A stretch of 64,000 nt of DNA from Mobula hypostoma (taxonomy: Eukaryota), in the NCBI RefSeq assembly GCF_963921235.1, contig NC_086108.1, positions 55,120,001 through 55,184,000 of the forward strand, read 5' to 3'. Made by a program: the position numbers and the translations under genes. Shown piece by piece: positions 12,750-23,607 of this stretch; position 1 is the first letter of the stretch, and each line of letters starts with the position of its first letter. The notes under the pieces were generated by a model. It was not told the origin of the DNA and ran no database searches. It was given only the letters and a program-made list of their open reading frames with translations.

Positions 12750-15700
12750 AGACCATAAGACATAGGAGCAGAATTAGGCAATTCAGCAAATTGAGTCTGC
12801 TCTGCTATTCCATCACGGCTGCTCCTGGATCCCACTCAACCACATACACCTGCCTTCTTGCTATAACGTTTAATGCCCTGACCAATTAGGAAAGAATCAA
12901 CTTCTGCTTTAAATATACCCACGGACTTGGTGTGCACCATAGTCTATGGCAGAACATTCCACAGATTCACTACTCTCTGTCTAAAAAAATTCCTCCTTAC
13001 TTCTGTTCTAAATGGTCACCCTCAATTCTGAGGCTGTGCTCTCCAGTTCTGGAGACCCCCACCATAGGAAACATCTTCTTCATATCCACCTTATTTAGTC
13101 CTTTCAACATTCAGTAGGTTTCAATGAGATCACCCCACATTCTTCTAAATTCCAGTGAGTACAGACCCAAAGCTGCCAAACGCTCCTTATATGCTAACCC
13201 CTTCATTCCCGGAATCATCCTTGTGAACCTCCTCTGTACTCTCTCCAATGACAAAATATCTTTCCTGAGATATGGGGCCCAAAACTGTTGATAATACTCC
13301 AAGTACAGCCTGACTGGTGTCTTATAAATCCTCAACATTATCTCCTTGCTTTTATATTCTATTCCCCTTGAAATAAATGCCAACATTGCATTAACCTTCT
13401 GTACCACAGACTCAACCTGTAAATTAACCCTCTGGGAATCTTGCACGAGGACTCCCAAGTTCCTCTGCAACTCTGATGTTTGAAATTTCTCCCCATTTAG
13501 ATAATAGTCTGCACTATGGTTCCTTTCACCAAAATGCATTATCATACATTTCCCAACATTGTATTCCATCTGCCACTATTTTACCCATTCTTCCAATTTG
13601 ACTAAGTCCTACTGCAATCCCATTGCTTCCTCAGCACTAGTTACCCTTCCACCTATCTTCGTATCGTCCACAAACTTTGCCACAAAACCATCAATTCCAT
13701 TATCCAAATCGTCTTGAATACAAGAGCAAGGATGTGATGCTGAGGCTTTATGAGGCACTGGTGAGGCCTCACCTTGAGTATTGTGAACAGTTTTGGGCCC
13801 TTCATCTTAGAAAAGATGTGCTAACATTGGAGTGGGTCCAGAGGAGGTTCACAAGGATGATTCCAGGAATGAAAGGGTTATCATATGAGGAACGTTTGAT
13901 GGCTCTGGGTCTGTACTTGCTGGAATTCAGAAAGATAAAGGGGAATCTCATTGAAACCTTTCAAATGTTCAAAGGCCTAGACAGAGTAGATGTGGAAAGG
14001 ATGTTTCCCATGGTGGGAGAGTCTAGGACACAAGGGCACAGCCTTAGGGTAGAGGGGTGCCCTTTCAAAACAGAGGTGCGGAGAAATTACTTTAGCCAAA
14101 GGGAGGTGAATTTGAGGAACTTGTTACCACATGCCCCTGTGGAGGCCAGGTCGTTGGGTGTATTTAAGGCAGAAAATGACTGGTTCTTGATTGAACATGG
14201 CATCAAAGGTTACGGGGAGAAGGACAGGAACTGGGGTTGAGGAGGAGATAAAAAAAAGGGATCAGCCATAATTAAATGGCAGAGCAGACTTAATGGGCCA
14301 GATGGCCTAATTATGCTCCTATGTCTTGTGGTCTTATGGTCAATGTGAAAAGTAGTGGCCCAATACTGACATAGTGGTGAGGAACACCACTAGTCACTGG
14401 TAGCCAACCAGAAGCGGCCTCCTTTATTCCCACTTGCTGCCTCCTGCCTGTCAGCCATTCCACTACCCATGCCAATGGCTTTCCTGTAACACCACAGGAT
14501 TTTAGAAAAAGTTAAGCAGCCTTGTGTGTGGCACCTTATCAAATGCCTACTGAAAATCCAAGTAAATGAGATCCACTACCTCTTCTTTGTCCATCCTGCC
14601 TGTTACTTCCACGAAGAACTCTAACAGATCTGTCAGACAAGATTCCCCTTTACAGAAACCATTCTGACTTTGACTTATTTTATCATCAATCTCCAAGTAC
14701 CCGAAAACCTCATCCTTAATCATAGACTCCAACACCTTTCCAACCACTGAGGTTAGGCTAACTGGCCTATAATTTCCTTTCTTTTCTCTCTTCTTTAAAA
14801 GTGGAGTGGCATTTGCAATTTTCCATTTCTCCGGAACCATGCCAGAATCAAGTGATTTTTGAAAGGTGATGACCAATACATCTGTTATCCCTTCAGCAAC
14901 CTCTATCAGAACTCTGGGATGTAGTCCATCTGGTCCAGGTGACTTATCAAAGTACTCATTAAGTTTCTCTGCCATTTCTTTGTCCCCCATTACTACCTCA
15001 CCAGCATCATTTTCCAGTGGCCCAGTATCAACTCTCACCTCCCTTTTACTCTATATATAACTGAAAATCTTTTAGTATTCTGCTTTATATTATTGGCTAA
15101 TTTGCCCTTGTGTTTCATTTATTCCCTTATAGCTTTTTCAGTTGCCTTCTGTTGCCTATTAAAATATTCCCAATTGTCCAACTTCTCACTCACTTTTGCT
15201 ACCTTATATGCCCTTCCCTTGGCTTTTATGCAGTCCTTAATTCTCTTTGTCAGCCACGTGTGCCAACCCCTGCCATTTGAGAACAACTTCTTCTGTGGTA
15301 CATATCTATTCTACACTTTGTGAACTATTCCCAGAAACTTCAGCCATCTCTGCTCTGCTGTCAACCCTGCTAGTATCTTCCAATTCACCTGGGCAAGCTC
15401 CTCTCTCATACCTCTGTAATTCCCTTTGCAATACTGATACATGTGACTTATGCTTCTCCCTCTCAAACTGCAGTATGAATTCAATCATATTATGATCACT
15501 GTCTCCTAAGGGTTCCTTTACATTAAGCTCCCTAATGAGATCTGGGTTATTACATAACACCCAATCAAAGATAACCTTTCCCCGAGTAGGCTCAAGCACA
15601 AGCTGCTCTGAAAAGCCATTTCATAGGCAGTCAATAAATTCCCTCTGTTGCAATTTGACACCAACTTGATTTTCCAAATCCCCTTACATATTGATGTCCT

Positions 15701-16265
15701 CCATTACAATTGTGACATTAGCCTTATTATATGCCTTTTTCAGCTCACTTTGCAATCTTAACCCCACATCTTGGCTACTATTTGGAGGCCTATATATGAT
15801 TCCCATAATTTTTTTTTTACCCTTGCAGTTTCTTAACGCCACCCACAAAGATTCAACATTCTCTGACCCTATATCACCTCTTTCGAAAGATGTAATCTGA
15901 TCTCTTACCAATAGAGCCACATCACAGCCTATGCCTTCCTGCATGTCCTTTCAATGCAAAGTATATCCTTTGATGTTAAGCTCCCAAATGTGGCCTTCTG
16001 TCAGCTACAACTCAGTGATGCCCACAATGTCATACCAAACAATCTGTTACTGCACGATGAGTTCATCCACCTTATTCCGAGCGCTACATGCATTTAAATA
16101 CAGCACCTTCAGTCCTGCATTCTTCGCCCTTTTGAATTTTTCCTCTGTCTGCATTTGGCTTGTCCTTCCTTATATTCATGTTACATCCATCATCTACTTA
16201 TAAGCCTCAGTCCTATCATACTGGATCCCATTCCCTTGCCGTACTAGTATAAACTACTCCCAACA
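12750..16265 (-). mobile_element. CR1 LINE, decayed ORF2 (EN+RT) and 3' UTR
   Basis: EN motifs (GIIYRPP, LGDSDHNMIEF) and RT motifs (SPGPDGLHPRVL, NYRPVSLTSV, IYLDFQ, LERVQRRFTRMIPG) in ORFs between 13111 and 15944. Confidence 0.92.
13711..14341 (+). mobile_element. 5'-truncated CR1 nested in the opposite orientation
   Basis: ORF 13677-14240 (LVRPHLEYCEQFW...) and a 3' tail TCTTGTGGTCTTATGGTC. The host CR1 resumes on either side. Confidence 0.9.
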
Positions 16266-16373
16266 GATTAATGTCTGAGTGTCCTGGAGTAATACAGACA
16301 CTTTGACCCACCAAGTGTTCTAAATATCAACTACCAATTTACACTAATCATACACTTATTCCGTTTTATTTAC

Positions 16374-18686
16374 TCTGACAAATCTGTTCGAATTCTTTGA
16401 GAAAATAACAAGCAAGATAGGCAAAGGAGAAAGGGTAGATATCGTGTACTTGGATTTTTCGAGGGCCTTTGATATAGTGCTGTATGTGAGGCTGCTTAAC
16501 AAGATAGAAGCCCATGGTATTACAGGAAAGGTACGTACATGGATGAAGCAGTAGCCAATTGACAGGAGGCAAATAGCGGAAATAAAATGACCTTTTTCCG
16601 GTTGGCTGCCAGTGACTAGTGGTGTTCCTCAGTGCTCGGTGTTGGGACCACTTCTTTTTATGTTGTATGTCAATGATTTGGATGATGGGAATTGATAGCT
16701 TTGTGGTCAAGCTTGTGGATGATACAAAGATAGTTGGAGGCACAGGTCGTGTTAAAGAAGCAGGGAGTCTGCAGAGGGGACTTGAACAGATTAGGAGAAT
16801 GGGCAAAGAATGGTAAATAGAAAACAGTTTTAGGAAGTCATGCACCTTGGTAGAAGGAATAAATGCCTAGAGTATCTTCTAATTGGGGGAAAATTCAAAA
16901 ATCCAAGGAGCAAAAGGACATGGTAGTCCTGTGCAGGGTATTCTGAAGGTTAATTTGCAGGTTGAGTCTATGGTGAAGAAAATGCAATGTTACCATTCAT
17001 TTAGGAGGTCTAGAATATAAAATCAAAGATGTAATGCTGAAGCTTTGGAAGGCATTAGTGAGGCCCCACTTGGAGTACTGTGAGCAGTTTTAGACCCCTT
17101 ATTTGAGAAAGGACATGCTGACACTGGAGAAGATTCAGAGAAGGTTCACAAGAAAGATTCCGGGAATGAAAGGCTTATTGCCTTCTTCTTCTTCTTCATG
17201 TGCCTTGCACGTTACACGCTTGGGCGATCATAGCACTCCATATCGAACGATCCCTCGCAGCGTCAATGATATCTCGCACACTTAGATCTCTTAGTTCTTA
17301 CATAATGTCCATATATTTTCTTCTTTGCCTTCCTCTTCCGCGTTTCCCAGACATAAGGCTTTGTAATGTAAGGCATTCTATTTCTCCCTTTCTGATGACA
17401 TGGCCCAGGAGTTTAAGTTTTCTCTCATTTAATGTTCTCATTAAAGATCTTTTTATATGGGCATGTTGGAGTACTGTCTCATTAGTTACCCTATCTCTAT
17501 ATGATGTTTTCAGCATTCTTCTAAGAAACCACATTTCTGTTGCTTCTAAGTTCCTTTGAAGTTCTGGTGTTCTAGTCCATGTTTTGGAAGCATACAGCAA
17601 AATTGACCAGCTGTAACATTTTAGTAGCCTTGTTGTCATAGAAATGTGTTTGTTGGTAAAAATGGGTTTCATTTTTTGGAAGCTGGTTTTGGCAATGGCA
17701 ATTCTTCTTTTTATTTCTACTTTACTTCTAGCATCTTGTGATATGAAAATACCAAGGTAATTAAAGCTGATCTTTTGTTCAGTCTCTTGGTTACTGATGC
17801 ACAATTGGCAGTTGGGAGTATCCTGCTGTTTTGATATTACCCTACATTTGGTTTTTTTTTACAGTTGATGGTTAGACCAAAATCTGCACTTGTTTGTATT
17901 ACTTTGTCTAGGAGGATTTATATGTCTTCTGCAGCACTTGCTATTAGGGTGGTATTGTCTGCATATCTTATATTGTTAATGTTAACACCTCCAATTTTTA
18001 TTCCATCTAGGTGTTTTATTTCTCTGAGAATCATTTCACTATAGATATTAAATAATTCTGGTGAGGCAATGCATCCTTGTCTAACTCCTTACTGAATTTT
18101 AGTCCAACTGCTTATATTATCATCAATTTTTACCGCCGCCGTTTGATTCCAATATAAATTTTGAAGCAGTTGTTGGTCCCTTCCATCAATGTTTAGTTTA
18201 GCGAGAATTTGAAATAATTTCCTGAAATTTAGTCGGGACCCAGCCACCCCATACACCCCAGGCTTATTGTATAAGGAGCAATTGTTGGCTCTGGGCCTTT
18301 ACTCACTGGAATTTAGAAGAATGAGGGGGTTACCTCATTGAAACCTATTGAATGTTGAAAGCCCTTGATAGAGTGGATGTGGAGGGAATGGGTCCTATGT
18401 TATGAGAGTCTAGGACCAGCAGGCACAGCCTCAGAATAGAGGGACATCCATTTAGCACAGAAATCAGGAGGAATTTCTTCAGCCAGAGAGTGGTGAACCT
18501 GTGGAATTTGTTGCCACAGGCAGCTGTGGAGACCAGGCCATTGAGTGTATTTAAGGTGGAGGTTCTTGATTAGTCAGGGCATGAAAAGTTACAGGGAGAA
18601 GGCAGGAGAATGGGGTTGAGGGGGAATTGGAGCAGACTTGAAGGACCAGATGGCCTAATTCTGCTTCTATGGTTTCTGGTCTTATG
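16374..18686 (+). mobile_element. CR1 LINE RT and 3' end, interrupted by an RTE
   Basis: YLDF, GVPQ, VDDTKI and LEKIQRRFTR motifs. Continues after 18269 to the tail GGTTTCTGGTCTTATG. Confidence 0.88.
17181..18259 (-). mobile_element. RTE-clade LINE 3' fragment with a (GAA)n tail and 10-bp TSD
   Basis: ORF 17298-17804 (FNYLG, EIKRRIAIAK, ATEMWFLRRML, GKRGRGR). TSD AGGCTTATTG at 17171-17180 and 18260-18269. Confidence 0.92.
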
Positions 18687-19127
18687 TTCCCATCAATCCT
18701 GCCAAACTCTACTACTTCTCAAAACACTGCAGGAAGTTTACAATAGCCAATTAACCTACCAACTGAAAAATTAGAGTACTCGTAGAAAGATAGTGAAAGG
18801 TCCACAAAGACTGGAAGGCCTATGACAAAGTCCTGGATGGGACGCTGGTCTAGAAGGTTAGCCCTCTTGGCCTTTAGGATGATGTAATAAATTTGAGTCA
18901 ACATTGGCTTAGTGGAAAAAGACAGAGATAGTAACATAGAAACATATGTAATGCTCAGTTATATTGGCTCGTATATGTCTAGGGGAAATCCCATCCAGCA
19001 CCTGCCTCAATGCTTCCCACGGAGTCAGTTTCCGCCCGAATCATTTCCAAACATCAATCATCAGCCAGCACACCCAGTATGTTTTACCAAGTACACTTTA
19101 TAGATATTACTAATTCTAATTCTTACT

Positions 19128-19324
19128 TAGAGAGTGGTTGGTGCGTGGAATGCACTGCCTGAGTCAGTGGTGGAGGCAGATACACTAGTGAAGTTTAAGA
19201 CACTACTAGACAGGTATATGGAGGAATCTAAGGTGGGGGCTTATATGGAAGGCAGGGTTTGAGGGTTGGCACAACATTGTGGGCCGAAGGGCCTGTACTG
19301 TGCTGTACTATTCTATGTTCTATG
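19128..19324 (+). mobile_element. CR1 3' end
   Basis: RVVGAWNALPE motif, GGGCCGAAGGGCCTGT hairpin and a (TTCTATG)n tail. Confidence 0.85.
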
Positions 19325-19498
19325 ACATTAATATAAATTCGATACAGTAAAGGAAGTAATGGAAAAAAAAGGCGCCAAGACTCATCAAAGTCCAAGTTCT
19401 TCGCGCGGAACCGTTGGAGCTCAATGGATTTCTGACGACCACCCGAATCCTGTCGACTCACGGCTCGGGCCCACCCGAAGTGATCGACCGAAACCTTT

Positions 19499-19599
19499 CC
19501 GCATGTCCGCCGTCCTCCCCGTCTCTCGTCCGACTCCCCGCCAAAAACCCCCGCACGTCCGCCGTCCTCCCCGTCTCTCCGACTCCCCACCAAAACCCC
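19499..19599. repeat. About 52-bp CpG-rich tandem duplication within an unclassified repeat
   Basis: CCGCA(T/C)GTCCGCCGTCCTCCCCGTCTCTC...CGACTCCCC(G/A)CCAAAA at 19499 and 19551. Confidence 0.85.
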
Positions 19600-20315
19600 A
19601 TCCCCAGTCATATGATACAGCATTATCATCCAAAATCAAAATGGTACATAAACACACATTGGCTAATAGCATCCTGCTATCTGTATTAACCCAAGCAACT
19701 GTCTAGCTAGAGGTTTCAGGTGTCAGGGAGCAAGAAGTGTGTAAAGTTACCATACTAGAGTGTAGGTTCTTGGGAAACTTTCAATTCTGAAGGTAAATAA
19801 GACCATAAGACCACAAGATATAGGAGCAGCAGTAGGCCATTCAGCCATCGAGTCTGCTTCTCCATTCAATCATGGGCTGATCCAATTCTTGCAGTCATCC
19901 CCACTCCCCTGCATTCTCCCCCTATCCTTTGATGCCCTGGCTAATCAAGAACCTATCTATCTCTGCCTTAAATGCACCCAATGACTTGGCCTCCACAGTC
20001 GCCCGTGGCAACAAATTCCACAGATTTACCACCCTCTGACTAAAGTAATTTCTCCACATCTCTATTCTAAATAGTCATCCTTCAATCCTGAAGTCATGCC
20101 CTCTTGTCCTAGAATCCCCTACCATGGGAAATAACTTTGCCATATCTAATCTGTTCAGGCCTTTTAACATTTGGAATGTTTCCATGCGATCCCCCCTCAT
20201 TCTCCTGAACTCCAGGGAATATAGCCCAAGAGCTACCAGACGTTCCTCATACAGTAACCCTTTCATTCCTGGAATCATTCTTGTGAATCTTCTTTGAACC
20301 CTCTCCAATGGCAGT

Positions 20316-20872
20316 CAGTCAGTCAGTGGGTGCCGTCCCGAATCTGGGGTTGGCAGCTATACACCTCCATCTTCTTTGATCTTACGACAGCACCGAGTAC
20401 AGCCTCTCCTCCAGTTTGTTCTCGCTGGCCGCCTTGGCACTGCCCGCTGTCACCCCCGCCAAACTCGAGCTCGAGGCCGTATCGGCCTCCAGCCGCAGCC
20501 GCTTCTTCGAGCTCAGCCCTCCCTTAGGCGGAGGCCTTGGGCAGGTCCAGGCACACGGTGCAGCGCCCAAGTTCATCATGTCTCTTCTAACTAAGTGCAT
20601 AGCATACGATTCATAGATACGCAGTGAGGCTTTAAACTCTTCCACAGAAGATGGCTGTTGGCTCACAAGGAGCTCATCCGCCCTTTATCAAGTCTTGTTT
20701 TTTATTTAGTCCTTCTGGGTGTCCTCACACCCTCCTCACCAGACTAAGTCTGGTGGGGGAGCCGGCCCAAGTCCCCGACCACTCGACCATGGCCCCCGAC
20801 CAAGCACTGGGCACCCGCCCCCCGCCGAGTCTCTCTGAGCACTCGGCGCCCGACCGAAAACCATGGTCGAGC
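20316..20872 (-). mobile_element. Non-autonomous RTE-derived retroposon (structured 5' region plus RTE 3' end, (ACTG)n tail)
   Basis: TSD AATGGCAGT at 20307-20315 and 20888-20896. (CAGT)4 at 20312-20327. The 3' part reads like an RTE ORF end (RDMMNL..DQRRWRCIAANP) and is split by a gene fragment. A 24-bp hairpin lies at the 5' end. Confidence 0.75.
20387..20564 (-). pseudogene. CYHR1: Circularly permuted 178-bp fragment of CYHR1/ZFTRAF1 (N-terminal region into the start of the RING-like zinc finger)
   Basis: Minus 20564-20529 encodes (C)[11 protein letters not shown]. Minus 20531-20387 encodes PPKGGLSSKKRLRLEAD...[12 protein letters not shown]. Vertebrate CYHR1, as I recall it, reads ...PPKKRLR...[26 protein letters not shown]. 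Confidence 0.88.
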
Positions 20873-21419
20873 ATATATCCTTTCTGAAATGGCAGTATAT
20901 CCTTTCTAAAATAAGACAAAATGAAACAAGAAGCCCAAAACTGCACACGATACTCAAGTGTCATCTCAGGAGTACCTATAGGGTCTCAACATCACATCCC
21001 TGCTCTTATAGTCTATAGCTCTAGAAATGAATGCCAACATTGCATTCGCCTTCTTCACCACCCACTCAACCTGCAGGTTAACCTGCACAAGGACTCCCAA
21101 GTCCCTTTGCATCTCTGCATTTTGAATTCTCTCCCGATCTAAATAATAGTCTGCCCATTTATTTCTTCCACCAAAAGTGCATGACCATACACTTTCCACC
21201 TGGACCAGACGGTGTACACCCCAGGGTTCTAAAAGAGGCGGCTGAAGAGATTCTGGAGGCATTGCCAACCCTATGTGATCTCTTTCTAACGATTTAATTT
21301 CATTTTTTACCAACACAGCCATGTCACTCCCTCAGCTTTTCTGCCTGTCCTTTGGATTCAATGCATATCCTTGGACATTAACCTCCCATCTATTTAACAA
21401 ATATCATCTATGTTAATAA

Positions 21420-22312
21420 TGTAGATGATAATATGCTACATTGATCAGCAAATTTGTGAATGACACCAAGATCAAGGGCATTGTTAACAGTGAGAAGGAC
21501 TATCAAAGTTTGCAGCATGATCTGGACTTGCTGAAAAATGGACTCAAAAGTGGCAGATGGAATTTAATGAGACAAATGTGAGATGTTGCGTGTTGGCAGG
21601 ACAAACCAGGATTTACACAGTTAACAGTAGGTTACTGAGGTGTGTGGTAGAACAGAGTGATCTGGGAACACATACATAATTCATTGCAAGTGGCATCACA
21701 GGCTGATAGGGTCGTGAAGAGAGCTTTTCGCATATTGGCTTTCGTTAATCAGGGCATTGATGTTATGTTGAAATTGTGAGTGAGTCCAAATTTAGGGTAT
21801 TGTATGCAGTTCTGGTCACTTACCTTCAGGAAAGATATCAATAAGCTTAAAACAGTGCAGAGAAAATTAACAAAGATGTTGCTAGAACTTGAGGACCTGA
21901 GTTCTAGGGAAAGATTGACTAGGATAGGATTTTATTCAGTACAAGACTGAAGGGAAATCTTATAGAGCTATAATATTATCAGAAGTGTCGATAGCATAAT
22001 TATATGTGGGCCTTTTTCCCTGAGATTGGGCAGAACTAGAATTAGAGGTCATAGGTTTATGGTAAATGTTTAAATATTTAGAGGAAACCTGAGGGAGGAA
22101 CTTCTTGACTCAGAGGGTGGTGTTAGTGTGGAACAAGCTGCCAGCGCAAGTGGTGGATGCAGGTACAATTGCAATATTTAGCTGAAGTTCGGATGGGTAC
22201 ATGAGAAGTAATGGAGGGTGTGGGTAATCTAGGTGTGGGTAGATGGGACTAAGCAGAAAAACTGGTTGTAATGGACTAGATGGTCTAAAAAGCCTGTTTC
22301 TGTGCTCTATGA
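21420..22312 (+). mobile_element. Decayed CR1 LINE 3' part
   Basis: Recognisable ISKFVNDTK, KWQMEFN, YCMQFWS and QRVVLVWNKLP remnants. CR1-type 3' UTR. Confidence 0.8.
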
Positions 22313-22589
22313 TTATAACCAGAGGTCAGTTGTAAACCTGTATCACTTGAGAGGTGAGCTCTGATAGCTGTGTCTCTGCTGTCACTTGGGCAGTAATTTT
22401 GCCTTTTGTGAGTGATGGGAATATTGCCATTCTCAGTAGTGAGCAATCCCGAGGTGGATTTTATGATTAGACAATATAACGCACCTGATTCACCTAAGTG
22501 TTGGTATTTCTGTTGTTCATAGAGTTGTTAATTGGCCTGAATGAGGTTCAGATTGAATGGAAGCCTTGTAAAAGGATTGCTTACACAAA

Positions 22590-22885
22590 TGTGAGAAATT
22601 CTGCAGATGCTGGAAATCCAAAGCAACACACACAAAATGCTGGATGAACTCAGCAGGTCAGGCGGCATCTATGGAAAAGAGTAAACAGTCCACGTTTTGG
22701 GCCAAGACCCTTCATCAGGTCTGGAAAAGAAGGGGAGAGGAAGGTGAGGGGAATGGAGGAAGAAGTACCAGGTGGCAGGTGATAGGTGAGACCGGGAGAT
22801 GGAGAGGGGGTGAAGTGAAGAGCTGGGAAGTTGGTTGGTGAAAGAGATAAAGAGCTGGAAAAGGGGGAATCTGATAGGGGAGGCT
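22590..22885 (-). mobile_element. Penelope-like element 3' end with a degenerate hammerhead motif
   Basis: Minus strand reads CCTGATGAAGGGTCTTGGCCCAAAACGTGGACTG (CUGAUGA-stem II-[G>A]AAAC), followed by GATGCCGCCTGACCTGCTGAGTTCATCCAGCATTTTGTGTG. Confidence 0.75.
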
Positions 22886-23607
22886 TACTGGTCTGCAATT
22901 CAACTTTGTTTTTCTTCCCCTTTTTATAAATGAGGTTATATTTGCATATCTCCAATCTGTAGGAACTGCTTCAGAATTTTAGAGGATGAACATCAATGTG
23001 TCCACTATTTAGGACAGAGATACGAAATGTCTTTAGTCAGAGGATGGTGAATCTGTGGAATTCATTGTCACAGATGGCCGTGGGTACGTGACTTATATGC
23101 CACTACATGGCTTCTGAGATTCATTTTCTCTGTTCGCTTATCTATGCTTTCTCTTTGCCCTGCTAATTCTTGTGTTACCAATTTGTTTCTGTTTCATGTC
23201 ACTCTACCTTTTTTGTTAACTATGAAGTTCAGCAAATTGTTGCTCTATGTTTCCCTCTTGTGGGAATGTATCTAAACCTTATTCAAAGCATCTTTTTTCT
23301 TGTAGGCCTCCCACTGCTAAATTACAAATCTGTTAGATTCCAATTTACCTTGGCTGTACAAAATGTTCAAACTACTGAATTCATTCTTTCTCCTTTACAA
23401 GATATTTATTGTTCTTTGTCATTTCTTATGGCTAAACTATGGTATTTACTATTTTCCTAACAATGCTCCATTGATCCATTCTTTGCTTTTTCTAAGTCCA
23501 TTCCTCAACTGATTTCACAGTGCCTTATGAAAGCAATAAAAAAAAGGAAAAAAAAATTAGCAGATCAAATATTATCTCTGGAAAGGGAAACCGAGGAGCT
23601 GACTGAT

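Larger units (their letters stand above)
19800..21385 (-). mobile_element. CR1 LINE, internally deleted and rearranged; host of the RTE-derived insertion
   Basis: ORF 20075-20308 (ERVQRRFTRMIPG) resumes at about 20897 (LEYRVQFW). CR1 tail at 19800-19825. EN-derived piece at about 21265-21385. Confidence 0.88.

Noticed and set aside
20382..20666. 94-aa ORF as a functional CYHR1-like gene
   Set aside because: It is a chimera of retroposon sequence and a permuted 178-bp fragment. The zinc-finger part is out of frame and the rest of the gene is absent from the window.
20770..20800. tRNA gene or tRNA head (A-box-like TGGTCGAGTGG on minus)
   Set aside because: No B-box or cloverleaf follows, and the motif is part of the hairpin arm.
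20700..20872. HDV-like ribozyme at the 5' end of the RTE-derived element
   Set aside because: The first pair is G-U and is followed by GG, as in HDV P1/P1.1, but I could not place P2/P3/L3 in the required order. Reported only as a hairpin.
22680..22725. Active hammerhead ribozymes in the common Penelope termini (also about 28405-28442 and 53090-53125)
   Set aside because: Core nucleotides are mutated (GAAA to AAAA or GGAA, or an altered cleavage triplet).
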